A stretch of DNA of 32,000 nt from Alkanindiges illinoisensis DSM 15370 (lineage in GTDB: Bacteria > Pseudomonadota > Gammaproteobacteria > Pseudomonadales > Moraxellaceae): positions 30,001-62,000 of the forward strand of contig NZ_JHUX01000003.1 of NCBI RefSeq assembly GCF_000619845.1, read 5' to 3'. Both the position numbers and the translations under genes were made by a program. Each line of letters starts with the position of its first letter. Within the stretch, counting starts at the first letter, position 1. Positions 24,414 through 32,000 of the stretch are shown piece after piece. Under the pieces are notes generated by a model that worked only from the letters and a program-made list of their open reading frames with translations, searched no databases and had not been told where the DNA came from.

Positions 24414-25502
24414 ATGGCCCATACACAAAATCTACAGCAAACACCAGATTCAAGCATAAATGAGCTGCCTGAGGATGACAATGCGTTATTTGCTGATCTG
24501 CAAGAAGACCTGTTTGAGGTAGATCTGGCGTCAAATCAAGCAGCTAGTGCAACCAGAATTTCGCAGCAGGCGGTGGTGCCCGATGAGATGCTTGGGCTGC
24601 GCTTTGATCAGGTGGCGGCCAGTATTTTTTCTGAATTCTCGCGTGAACGGCTCAAAAGCTGGTTACAGGATGGCCAGCTTACCGTTAATGGCCAAAGTGT
24701 AAAACCCAAAAACCGTTGTCTGGGCGGCGAAGTGCTCAATCTGGAAGTGACCCTGCAAGAGCAGAACACCACTGAGCCAGAGCCAATGGCACTGGATATT
24801 GTGTATGAAGATGAGCATATTCTGGTCGTTAACAAACCCGCTGGTCTGGTGGTGCATCCGGGGGCAGGCAACTGGTCTGGAACGCTGGTAAATGGCCTGC
24901 TGTACCATGATGCCAAGCTCAAGGAATTGCCGCGTGCTGGTCTGGTGCACCGCATTGACAAGGACACCAGTGGCCTATTGGTCGTTGCCAAAAATCTGGC
25001 AGCTCAGCATCACCTCAGCAAGCAGCTGGCCGACAAGTCGGTGTACCGGATTTATGATGCAGTGGTGGTGGGTCATGTGATTGCTGGTGGCACGGTGGAT
25101 CAGCCCATCAAACGCCACCCGGTAGAGCGTACCCGCATGAGTGTACAGCCCGGCGGACGTGCTTCGGTGACCCATTACCGCGTGCTGGAACGCTTTGGCA
25201 CACATACACTGGTGCAGGCGCAACTGGAAACCGGACGTACCCATCAAATTCGTGTGCACTTGTCGCATATTGGCTTTCCGCTGGTGGGTGATCCGATGTA
25301 TGGCAGCCGTCGGCGCTTGCCACAAGGGGCCAGCCAGAATCTGATCAAGAACCTGCAAAATTTCAAGCGGCAGGCATTACACGCCCGCAAACTGGGGCTG
25401 GTGCATCCGCATACGGGCAAGCAAATGCAGTTTGAAGGGCCATGGCCGGATGATTTCAGCCAGTTGGTTCAGGCGCTGCGTGATGAAGGGCATCATACCT
25501 AA
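24414..25502 (+). CDS. rluD: 23S rRNA pseudouridine(1911/1915/1917) synthase RluD
   Basis: An S4 domain is followed by DIVYEDEHILVVNKPAGLVVHPG, HRIDKDTSGLLVVAK and GRTHQIRVH. The product is collinear with E. coli RluD but has a ~40-aa acidic N-terminal extension. Confidence 0.93.
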   Translation: MAHTQNLQQTPDSSINELPEDDNALFADLQEDLFEVDLASNQAASATRISQQAVVPDEMLGLRFDQVAASIFSEFSRERLKSWLQDGQLTVNGQSVKPKNRCLGGEVLNLEVTLQEQNTTEPEPMALDIVYEDEHILVVNKPAGLVVHPGAGNWSGTLVNGLLYHDAKLKELPRAGLVHRIDKDTSGLLVVAKNLAAQHHLSKQLADKSVYRIYDAVVVGHVIAGGTVDQPIKRHPVERTRMSVQPGGRASVTHYRVLERFGTHTLVQAQLETGRTHQIRVHLSHIGFPLVGDPMYGSRRRLPQGASQNLIKNLQNFKRQALHARKLGLVHPHTGKQMQFEGPWPDDFSQLVQALRDEGHHT

Positions 25503-25529
25503 TCCGGTTAGCGTATAAACAAGGTGAAA

Positions 25530-26315
25530 ATGATGGAAAATCTTGTGCAGCCGGACATGCCTCAATTAATCAATGCAACAGGATTGCCTGCTCAGATACT
25601 GGCAGGGCAAACCACCCGGCAGGCATTTAATCCATTACTGCAAAGTGCTGCGCCATTTGATGGTTTTAATCTGGCGCTGCATGTGGGGGATGATGCCGGC
25701 ACCGTCCAGCAGCAGCGCATTGAGCTGTTAAAGGCATTGCAGCCTTATGGGGCCAAACGTCTGGTATGGCTGGAACAGACCCATAGTACCCGCGTGCATG
25801 AAGTCACTGAACAGGCCATGCCATTTTCGCCCATCAATGCAGATGCGCTTGTGACGCGGCAAACTGGTGTGGCCTGCATGATCATGACTGCTGACTGTCT
25901 GCCAATTGTGCTGAGCAATGCAGACGGCACTGAGGTGAGCTGTATTCATGCAGGCTGGCGTGGTTTGCTGGGTGGTATTATTGAAAATACTGTCAATGCC
26001 ATGCAGTCACCTGCTGTGTTTGCCTGGTTTGGAGCGGCAATTGGCCCATGCAGTTTTGAAGTGGGCGCAGAGGTGTTTGAGGCTTTTACCCAGCACCATT
26101 CTGAGGCCGCCAGTGCTTTTATCAACCATAAGACAGGTAAATATCTGGCCGATATTTATCAACTAGCCAGCCAGCGTCTGCACCGATTGGGAATCCAGCA
26201 CATCAGTGGTGGCGCACAATGCAGTTATCAGGATTCCACTACGTTTTACTCATACCGGCACACAGCAAGGACAGGCCGCATGGCAACCTTTGTGATGATC
26301 CAGAATGCTGAATGA
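25530..26315 (+). CDS. pgeF: YfiH/PgeF family protein (laccase-domain purine nucleoside phosphorylase / peptidoglycan editing factor)
   Basis: LEQTHSTRV, TADCLPIVL, IHAGWRGL and CSYQDSTTFYSYRH are present. It follows rluD as in E. coli. An SD AAGGTG (25521-25526) favours the ATG at 25530 or 25533 over the tracked GTG at 25524. Confidence 0.88.
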   Translation: MMENLVQPDMPQLINATGLPAQILAGQTTRQAFNPLLQSAAPFDGFNLALHVGDDAGTVQQQRIELLKALQPYGAKRLVWLEQTHSTRVHEVTEQAMPFSPINADALVTRQTGVACMIMTADCLPIVLSNADGTEVSCIHAGWRGLLGGIIENTVNAMQSPAVFAWFGAAIGPCSFEVGAEVFEAFTQHHSEAASAFINHKTGKYLADIYQLASQRLHRLGIQHISGGAQCSYQDSTTFYSYRHTARTGRMATFVMIQNAE

Positions 26316-26472
26316 GTGGGTAAATAAGTTGATAACTACATACTGGCTATCGTGTTGTGTATTGCTGTTTTTATGATGATGTTTTGCATCAGCTTTTGTG
26401 GTGAAACCTGCAAACTGTTATGATGTGGCGCCTGAGCTGCATTTTTATGCAGGCCGCTTTTAGGATGTTGAA

Positions 26473-27051
26473 TTGACCCACGCTATTGCTTCTAATCCTG
26501 CTTTGACCCCGCCAGTACCCTGCAAACAGGTGTGTATTGTCTACCATAGTCCGTATGGGCATACCGAACGCGTGGCACGTGCCATTGCAGATGGTGCCCG
26601 GCAGGTAGCCAATACTCAGGTGCATGTGATGTCGGTAGAGCATGTAGACTGGCATGCACTGGATCATGCAGATGCCATCATTTTTGGTTCACCCACTTAT
26701 ATGGGTAGCGTGACCAGTGGCTTTAAGCTGTTTATGGATGCTACCTCCAAACGCTGGAAAAACCGCCTGTGGGTGGGCAAGCTGGCAGCAGGGTTTGCCA
26801 ATTCTGGCGGTTTAAGCGGTGATAAGCTGGCGGTATTGCAGCAAATTTGCCTGTTTGCCATGCAGCATGGCATGCTGTGGAGTGGTATTCCGCTAATGCC
26901 ATCCGGTCACAATGAAAATGACCTGAACCGGCTGTCCGGCTTTTTGGGCCTAATGACCCAGTCCGATAATGCACCCGTTGAAGAAACGCCGCCAAAAGGC
27001 GATATTGAAACCGCAAAATGGTTTGGCAAATATCTGGCCGGGCTGGTTTAA
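26473..27051 (+). CDS. Flavodoxin-like fold protein (WrbA/NAD(P)H:quinone oxidoreductase-type)
   Basis: VCIVYHSPYGHTERVA...IIFGSPTYMGSVTS...GFANSGGLSGDK matches the flavodoxin_2/WrbA pattern. The only available start is the TTG at 26473. Confidence 0.78.
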   Translation: MTHAIASNPALTPPVPCKQVCIVYHSPYGHTERVARAIADGARQVANTQVHVMSVEHVDWHALDHADAIIFGSPTYMGSVTSGFKLFMDATSKRWKNRLWVGKLAAGFANSGGLSGDKLAVLQQICLFAMQHGMLWSGIPLMPSGHNENDLNRLSGFLGLMTQSDNAPVEETPPKGDIETAKWFGKYLAGLV

Positions 27052-27199
27052 GTTTTATTGCTGTCCTAATTAGAATTTTTAAACTGGGCAAAATACTAGA
27101 TCTTGGAATACGGCAGGTATAACTATTAAACTGTCAACACACAATAATACGATGTTAGCGCGGTAAAGCAGGCTTGGGTAGGCCAGTTTTTTTATATTA

Positions 27200-28426
27200 A
27201 TGAGAATAATCATGTCCAAAATTCATTCCAGAGAATTTGCCTTGCTGATGGCGCTACTGATGTCGGTGGTGTCTTTTTCCATAGATGCTATTTTGCCTGC
27301 ATTGGGTCAAATTGGCCGTGTGTTTGCAACTGATAACCCCAACCATGTGCAATGGGTGATTACCTGTATTTTTGCGGGCATGACACTGGGTCAGCTGATT
27401 GCCGGGCCATTGTCGGATGCCATTGGCCGCAAGCGCATTTTGTTTTCCGGCATTGCCATTTATTTTGTGGGTAGCTTGCTGTGTTATCTCACTACCAGTT
27501 TTGAGGTGTTTTTGCTGGGTCGTTTTATTCAGGGCATTGGCGTGGCCGGGCCGTATGTGGCGACCATTTCCGTGGTGCGTGATAAATACAACGGCAATGA
27601 TATGGCACGGGTGATGTCACTGATTATGATGGTGTTTATGGTAGCACCAGCCATCGCGCCTGCGATTGGACAAGTAATTATTTATTTTTCAGGCTGGCGT
27701 GAAATTTTCCTCCTCTACATTGTCTATGCGATGGTGGTGGGGGTATGGATTGCCCTGCGGCTGGAAGAAACCCTGCTGCCAGAGCAACGCTTGCCCATGC
27801 AAATTAAGGCTTTCCAGCAGGGCTTTCGCGAAGTGGTCAGCAACCGTACCACCATGAGCTATTTGTTGTGCACTGGCCTGTGTTTTGGCGGTTTTATTGG
27901 TTATCTGGGCACCTCACAGCAAATTTTTATGCAACAGTTCGGCCAGTCCGGTGAAACATTTAGCCTGTGTTTTGCACTACTGGCCGCGCTCATGGGTGTG
28001 GCGTCCTTTACCAATTCAAGGCTGGTGGCCAAAATTGGTATGCGTCCGATTTGCATGTATGGCATGTTGTTTATTGCCTTGCTGTCTTTTGGCTTTCTAG
28101 TGGTGCAGTACAGCGGTATTAAGATTACTTTCTGGATGTTTTTGCTGTATGCCAGTCTACTATTCTCAGTATTTGGCTGTCTGTTTGGCAATTTAAATGC
28201 CATTGCCATGGAACCCATGGGGCATGTGGCGGGTATGGCGTCTGCAATTATTGGGGCATCGGCTTCCATCTTATCGCTAATTCTGGCGACCATTATCGGC
28301 CAGCTTTATAACGGCACCCTGGTTCCCATGACTTGGGGCTTTGCCATTTTATGTGGGGCGTCCTTTTTGATTATGCTGAGTGAAAAGCGCTGGCTGCTGC
28401 GGATGCAAGCCAGTGAGGTTCAATAG
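27200..28426 (+). CDS. MFS transporter, Bcr/CflA drug-resistance subfamily
   Basis: It has 12 hydrophobic segments and the MFS motif A GPLSDAIGRKR. The N-terminus SFSIDAILPALG is typical of Bcr. An alternative start lies at 27212. Confidence 0.88.
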   Translation: MRIIMSKIHSREFALLMALLMSVVSFSIDAILPALGQIGRVFATDNPNHVQWVITCIFAGMTLGQLIAGPLSDAIGRKRILFSGIAIYFVGSLLCYLTTSFEVFLLGRFIQGIGVAGPYVATISVVRDKYNGNDMARVMSLIMMVFMVAPAIAPAIGQVIIYFSGWREIFLLYIVYAMVVGVWIALRLEETLLPEQRLPMQIKAFQQGFREVVSNRTTMSYLLCTGLCFGGFIGYLGTSQQIFMQQFGQSGETFSLCFALLAALMGVASFTNSRLVAKIGMRPICMYGMLFIALLSFGFLVVQYSGIKITFWMFLLYASLLFSVFGCLFGNLNAIAMEPMGHVAGMASAIIGASASILSLILATIIGQLYNGTLVPMTWGFAILCGASFLIMLSEKRWLLRMQASEVQ

Positions 28427-28480
28427 AGTGACTGAACAATAGGCATAAAATCAATGAAATAAAGTGCTAGTTATTAAATA

Positions 28481-28512
28481 AAACTGCCCCGTAACCAGTA
28501 CAGGGCAGTTTC
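28481..28512. terminator. Bidirectional terminator between the MFS gene and fadL
   Basis: AAACTGCCC-cgtaaccagtac-AGGGCAGTTT has a T-run on the minus strand (TTTTATTT) and TTT on the plus strand. Confidence 0.65.
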
Positions 28513-28535
28513 AAAAAACGAAATTCTCAAATCAA

Positions 28536-29903
28536 TTAAAAGTGATAACCCAGTTTCAGACCCACGGCCAGCGCATGGTTATCTTCAAAGTCAGCAACTT
28601 CAGTGCCGCTACTCACTTTGGCCGTTGCATCACCCAGCCAGAAATATTTTACGCCGCCAGAGAGTTCAACCTGTGGCGCCGGGCTGTAGCGCAGGCCAAG
28701 ACCAACATTCCAGTAGCCTTCTGTTGGGCCAAGTGTAGTGACCGGATTGCCAGCACCGCTGTCCCAGCCCACAGACACATTACCAGCCAGTGTATTGGTT
28801 AGCTTACGACCCACGCCAACATTGGCAGACCACTGGTCATCTGTATAATCAACCAGATTAAAACCACCTGTTGATGGCGAAGCTGCTGTGGCAACAGCGC
28901 CAAACAGGGCAGGCCTGATGGCAAAACCTGACCATTCTACCCAGCGCAAGTTGGCAAAGGCCACGGTATCCGCCATCACACCGGTCTGAAAATCCAGATT
29001 GACAGACTGGGGTGTGGTTACCTTGCTGGCTTGTTCAAGGCTTGAAGGTGCAAGGGCATTTAATGCAGCAAGACGTGCCTGCTGCGTGACTAAACCTGTA
29101 CGTGTTGCGGTTAAAGACTGTTGCTGGGTGAGTAATGCAGCTTTGCGCGGGTCAGTATCCGGGAGCGCAGCCAGTTGAGCCAGACCTGCATTAATTTGAG
29201 ACAAACCTGCATCAACCTGTCCTAAGCCATTGGTAACCGCAGTCAACAGATTGCCAATTTGCAGGGATTCCTGCGTAGACGCATTGTGCTCAATTTCTGA
29301 ACGATAGGTTAACGAGGCTTTTAGCGCAATTTCAGGAATTTCATAGGCCATGCCTGCTACCCAGCCAAAGGCACTGTCTTTGTCGCCAGTTGAGCTATAA
29401 CCGTTATAGACACTGTAAGCTGTTCCGCGCAGGTCTACCTCGGCTTTTTCAATTTCCTGATAAGCCACGCCGCCATACACCTTGAAATGATTAATCGGTT
29501 CATAACCAAACAGCGTGGTAAGGTTGCGTGTTTTTAAGTCAGATGAGGTATTGCCAAACGTTCCTGTGCTGCCATTTGCCGTAAAGTTATTGCTGCCGCG
29601 ATAGGTTGCCCGTGCGCCAAATGGCTCATCATAAATCATGCCGAATGAGAGTTTTTCGGTGGGCTGTAATTTGATGGCTGCGCTGCCAAAAGTGTAGCTT
29701 TCACCAATGTCAGCAATACCATTACCGGAACGATCCTTTCCTTCAACGGTTGGGTACAGGGAAGATACGCCAATTTCTGCATAGTTACCGGGCTGCAAAA
29801 AAGCCGAAATGGATTGACCAGAACGGTCAAGCGCCGCAGCAAATACACTGGTGGCAGGGAGAGCAACAGTGGCAATAGCTACCACAAGAGTTTTCATTTT
29901 CAT
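28536..29903 (-). CDS. fadL: FadL/TodX-family outer-membrane transporter of hydrophobic compounds
   Basis: The signal peptide ends ..SVFAAA. The FadL N-terminal hatch motif LDRSGQSISAFLQPGNYAEIG is present, and the product ends in a C-terminal barrel strand (..LKLGYHF). Confidence 0.88.
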   Translation of the reverse strand: MKMKTLVVAIATVALPATSVFAAALDRSGQSISAFLQPGNYAEIGVSSLYPTVEGKDRSGNGIADIGESYTFGSAAIKLQPTEKLSFGMIYDEPFGARATYRGSNNFTANGSTGTFGNTSSDLKTRNLTTLFGYEPINHFKVYGGVAYQEIEKAEVDLRGTAYSVYNGYSSTGDKDSAFGWVAGMAYEIPEIALKASLTYRSEIEHNASTQESLQIGNLLTAVTNGLGQVDAGLSQINAGLAQLAALPDTDPRKAALLTQQQSLTATRTGLVTQQARLAALNALAPSSLEQASKVTTPQSVNLDFQTGVMADTVAFANLRWVEWSGFAIRPALFGAVATAASPSTGGFNLVDYTDDQWSANVGVGRKLTNTLAGNVSVGWDSGAGNPVTTLGPTEGYWNVGLGLRYSPAPQVELSGGVKYFWLGDATAKVSSGTEVADFEDNHALAVGLKLGYHF

Positions 29904-30295
29904 TTGGTTCCGTCCATGAGTAAAGATGGCTAAAAGCTGGACTTATAAATAACTCATAATCGCACTGCTTTTAGCATCTACATCCAGTAGATAAATTCCT
30001 TTCAAGGCGTAAAACAGATCTTATCGTGATCCATTCTAAGCGCGCTGTTTGCAATAGCGCTATCTCACTATATTTTCATTTCTTGAGGCTTGTCAATGTG
30101 ATTGTTTGTAGCCTAAGGTCGAATAGTCAAGTACGAAATTGACTACTCTAGGCCTAAGATATTTAGTAAAGCGATGGTTTGGAGAAATGACTGGCGAGTA
30201 AACTTTTAATAAAGTGATTCAAGTATAATTTCTTAAGCAAGACTTAAAGCTGTTTGGTAATCCAATCCTGCTGCTGAACAGTAATAAAGCTTGTT

Positions 30296-30325
30296 GAACC
30301 GCCTTCGGGCGGTTCTTTGCTTTAT
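30296..30325 (+). terminator. Strong orphan rho-independent terminator (UUCG tetraloop)
   Basis: GAACCGCC-TTCG-GGCGGTTC is a perfect 8-bp stem (30296-30315) followed by TTTGCTTTAT. No CDS ends nearby. Confidence 0.75.
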
Positions 30326-30558
30326 AAAACAAGAGAATAATAAATAGAAAGATTTGAGAGCATTTAGTCTTTAATGTTCAGTAGTCCAGTTACTGCTTAA
30401 TGTAAATTTATCATGTCAAGCCTTATAACAAGCGAATCTAAAGCCTTTTAACGCTATACCTCTTTGTTAGAAGTTTTAGGTTTTTCAAGTTGGCAAAGGA
30501 ATTGCAATAAGTATTACAACAGGATTTCAATTCCAGATTTGGCAGGCTTGAGCGCATC

Positions 30559-30693
30559 ATGAAAGCAATGATTACAGTCATTTTAATTGGAGCCGTACTC
30601 TATTTTAGTTCTGAGTTTGGTATAGGAAAAGCAGTAGATATGTCGGCAAAAAACAGCAATTATCAGCAAAATGTTGATGAAAATTCACACTAA
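30559..30693 (+). CDS. Hypothetical 44-aa small membrane protein
   Basis: Hand translation gives MKAMITVILIGAVLYFSSEFGIGKAVDMSAKNSNYQQNVDENSH*, with one N-terminal TM-like helix. A possible promoter is TTGGCA-16 nt-TATTAC (30490-30517). The SD is weak. Confidence 0.3.
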   Translation: MKAMITVILIGAVLYFSSEFGIGKAVDMSAKNSNYQQNVDENSH

Positions 30694-30799
30694 CTGCCAT
30701 TTTGGATCGAATAAATGCTATTTTTTGATTATTAAATGAGCAATTTTTTGCTGTTAGATGCATTCACAACTTAAAGTCGAGCCTGATGAGGGAACTTGG

Positions 30800-31795
30800 C
30801 TAGGTCAATCCATGAAACAGAGGCTTGCCACTTAAGGCCATTGTTAGCTGCAATAATAGGTCTTTGCTATTTTCCTCGCTAAGTCCCTTGATGGCGGCAT
30901 CGGTGCGTTGAAGCAAAGCAGGCCATTGCATGAGCTGTTTGCCGGAAATACGTTTTAATGCTTGCTGGTAATACCGGGTTTTGTTTTGCCAGATTCCCAG
31001 TTTCTGGTATTGACCCGGTTGCTCAAATAGTTGCATGAGTAAGCGCATTTCGCGGGACAGTGCCCATAAAATCAGGCTGTCGGCTTCTCCGGATTCCAGC
31101 AAAAAGCCAAGAATCTTAACGGCCTGTAATGCATTGCCCTGTAAGGCAGCATCCGCCAAGTCAAAGCTGCTAAAGCGTGATTGTTCTGTCAGGCCTGCTT
31201 GTAAGTCTTCAAGGCCAATCACATGGTCAGACTGATATAAATCACTCAGGCGTAACAGGCTTTGCTGTGCGGCAAACAGATTATTTTCAGTCTGGGCCAA
31301 TAACAATTCCCAGGCATCACGCGCCAGTTGAACGCCAAGCTGGTGTGCTTCATCCTGCAAAATGGCCAGACGTTCCTGCATGTTTTGCAGGCTAAGCTGA
31401 ACCACAACACTATTGGCATCAATGCTTTGGTAAAATTTGGTTTTTTGTGCCGCCTGATCCTGCCTTGGCATAATAATAACCAGGGTATTATCTGCAGGTG
31501 ACTGAATAAATTGTTGGAGTTGTTCAAGTCCGGCAGCATCTGGCTTGATATTGCCATGCGCTTCTATGGCTAGTTTTTCAGAAAATAATGACAGGCTATT
31601 TAGTGAATTAAACACATCACGCCAGTCGTTGACGGTATTGATTTCAAAGCGCTGACGTTCAATGTGCTGGGATTGCCAGTGTTGGCGCAGGGCGTTCAGC
31701 AGGTTTTGCTCAAGCAGCGGCTCGTTACCGTGCAGAAGCCAGACGCCACTGGCTTGGGCAACTCGTCCCATCGCACCCCGATAATCCAGCCGCAT
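30800..31795 (-). CDS. holA: DNA polymerase III delta subunit
   Basis: The 331-aa product has an N-terminus (..VWLLHGNEPLLEQ) like E. coli HolA (LLLGNDPLL). It lies immediately downstream of lptE, as in the leuS-lptE-holA arrangement. Confidence 0.88.
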   Translation of the reverse strand: MRLDYRGAMGRVAQASGVWLLHGNEPLLEQNLLNALRQHWQSQHIERQRFEINTVNDWRDVFNSLNSLSLFSEKLAIEAHGNIKPDAAGLEQLQQFIQSPADNTLVIIMPRQDQAAQKTKFYQSIDANSVVVQLSLQNMQERLAILQDEAHQLGVQLARDAWELLLAQTENNLFAAQQSLLRLSDLYQSDHVIGLEDLQAGLTEQSRFSSFDLADAALQGNALQAVKILGFLLESGEADSLILWALSREMRLLMQLFEQPGQYQKLGIWQNKTRYYQQALKRISGKQLMQWPALLQRTDAAIKGLSEENSKDLLLQLTMALSGKPLFHGLT

Positions 31796-31801
31796 AATAA
31801 A

Positions 31802-32000
31802 CTAGGGCGCAGTTGTTTTATCATTAGCAGTGGCGTACTGCATACGGCCTGCATGCAACTGGCGCGCAATCTGCATGGCGGCATCCAGATTCATTTCTTC
31901 AATCAGGTGCGCTTCTTCCTGATTTTCAGTATTTACCGTTGCAATATCATACTGATAACTGCGGCGTGAATATACACTGTAATCAATGGTTAATGGCTCG
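31802..32000 (-). CDS. lptE: LPS-assembly lipoprotein LptE, C-terminal part (5' end outside the window)
   Basis: Hand translation of the minus strand gives an open frame ..EPLTIDYSVYSRRSYQYDIATVNTENQEEAHLIEEMNLDAAMQIARQLHAGRMQYATANDKTTAP*. It ends 6 nt before the holA start. It is absent from the ORF track because no start codon lies within the window. Confidence 0.7.
   Translation of the reverse strand, partial: EPLTIDYSVYSRRSYQYDIATVNTENQEEAHLIEEMNLDAAMQIARQLHAGRMQYATANDKTTAP

Noticed and set aside
24340-24534. 65-codon N-terminal extension of the bamD ORF (tracked as 426 aa)
   Set aside because: A canonical lipoprotein signal peptide with an AGGAG SD begins at the internal ATG at 24339. 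The extension would overlap the divergent rluD promoter and start region.
30440-30560. 40-codon minus-strand ORF (MMRSSLPNLELKSCCNTYCNSF...) opposite the small-ORF promoter region
   Set aside because: It has no SD and an arbitrary composition, and it overlaps the putative promoter of the plus-strand small ORF. There is no support beyond being open.
31664-31969. 101-aa plus-strand ORF
   Set aside because: It is antisense to the holA start and the lptE 3' end. The minus-strand frames carry the recognisable proteins.
1-32000. Search for CRISPR arrays, IS elements or transposases, integrases, phage genes, and toxin-antitoxin or restriction-modification modules
   Set aside because: I found no regularly spaced direct repeats, no transposase or integrase-like ORFs and no paired small-gene modules. 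The only toxin-related trace is the isolated Hint domain, reported under findings.

Overview
Read by eye with no tools, so all homology calls come from remembered motifs and gene order. The window looks like a chromosomal core segment of a Pseudomonadales or Moraxellaceae (Acinetobacter-like) gammaproteobacterium. It holds about 30 mostly housekeeping genes in well-known syntenic blocks. These are zapA-6S RNA divergent from ygfB-pepP-ubiH-ubiI; panD; the minus-strand run TPR-lolB-ispE-tRNA-Gln(x2)-prs-rplY-pth, divergent from hemA; dnaG; bamD divergent from rluD-pgeF; and lptE-holA. Less universal content is a co-directional alkB-rubredoxin-AraC alkane hydroxylase cluster, a phytase-like lipoprotein, a flavodoxin-like protein, a Bcr/CflA-type MFS pump and a FadL-family porin. 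I found no CRISPR array, IS element, integrase, prophage gene or recognisable defence or toxin-immunity module. The strongest oddity is a catalytically complete, AT-rich, stand-alone Hint (pretoxin-HINT/intein-like) gene with almost no exteins, wedged between pepP and ubiH and in frame with pepP. The second is a degenerate ~85-bp repeat present as inverted copies at the 5' leader and 3' end of the prs-rplY-pth operon, carrying AAAATC-N3-GATTTT palindromes. The third is a 0.9-kb AT-rich gene-free gap between fadL and holA with an orphan UUCG-loop terminator (candidate sRNA) and a 44-codon hydrophobic ORF. The ORF track missed rubredoxin (54 aa) and a partial lptE, and I added both. Several tracked ORFs begin at upstream GTG or TTG codons or at an ATG too close to the SD, and I moved those starts.
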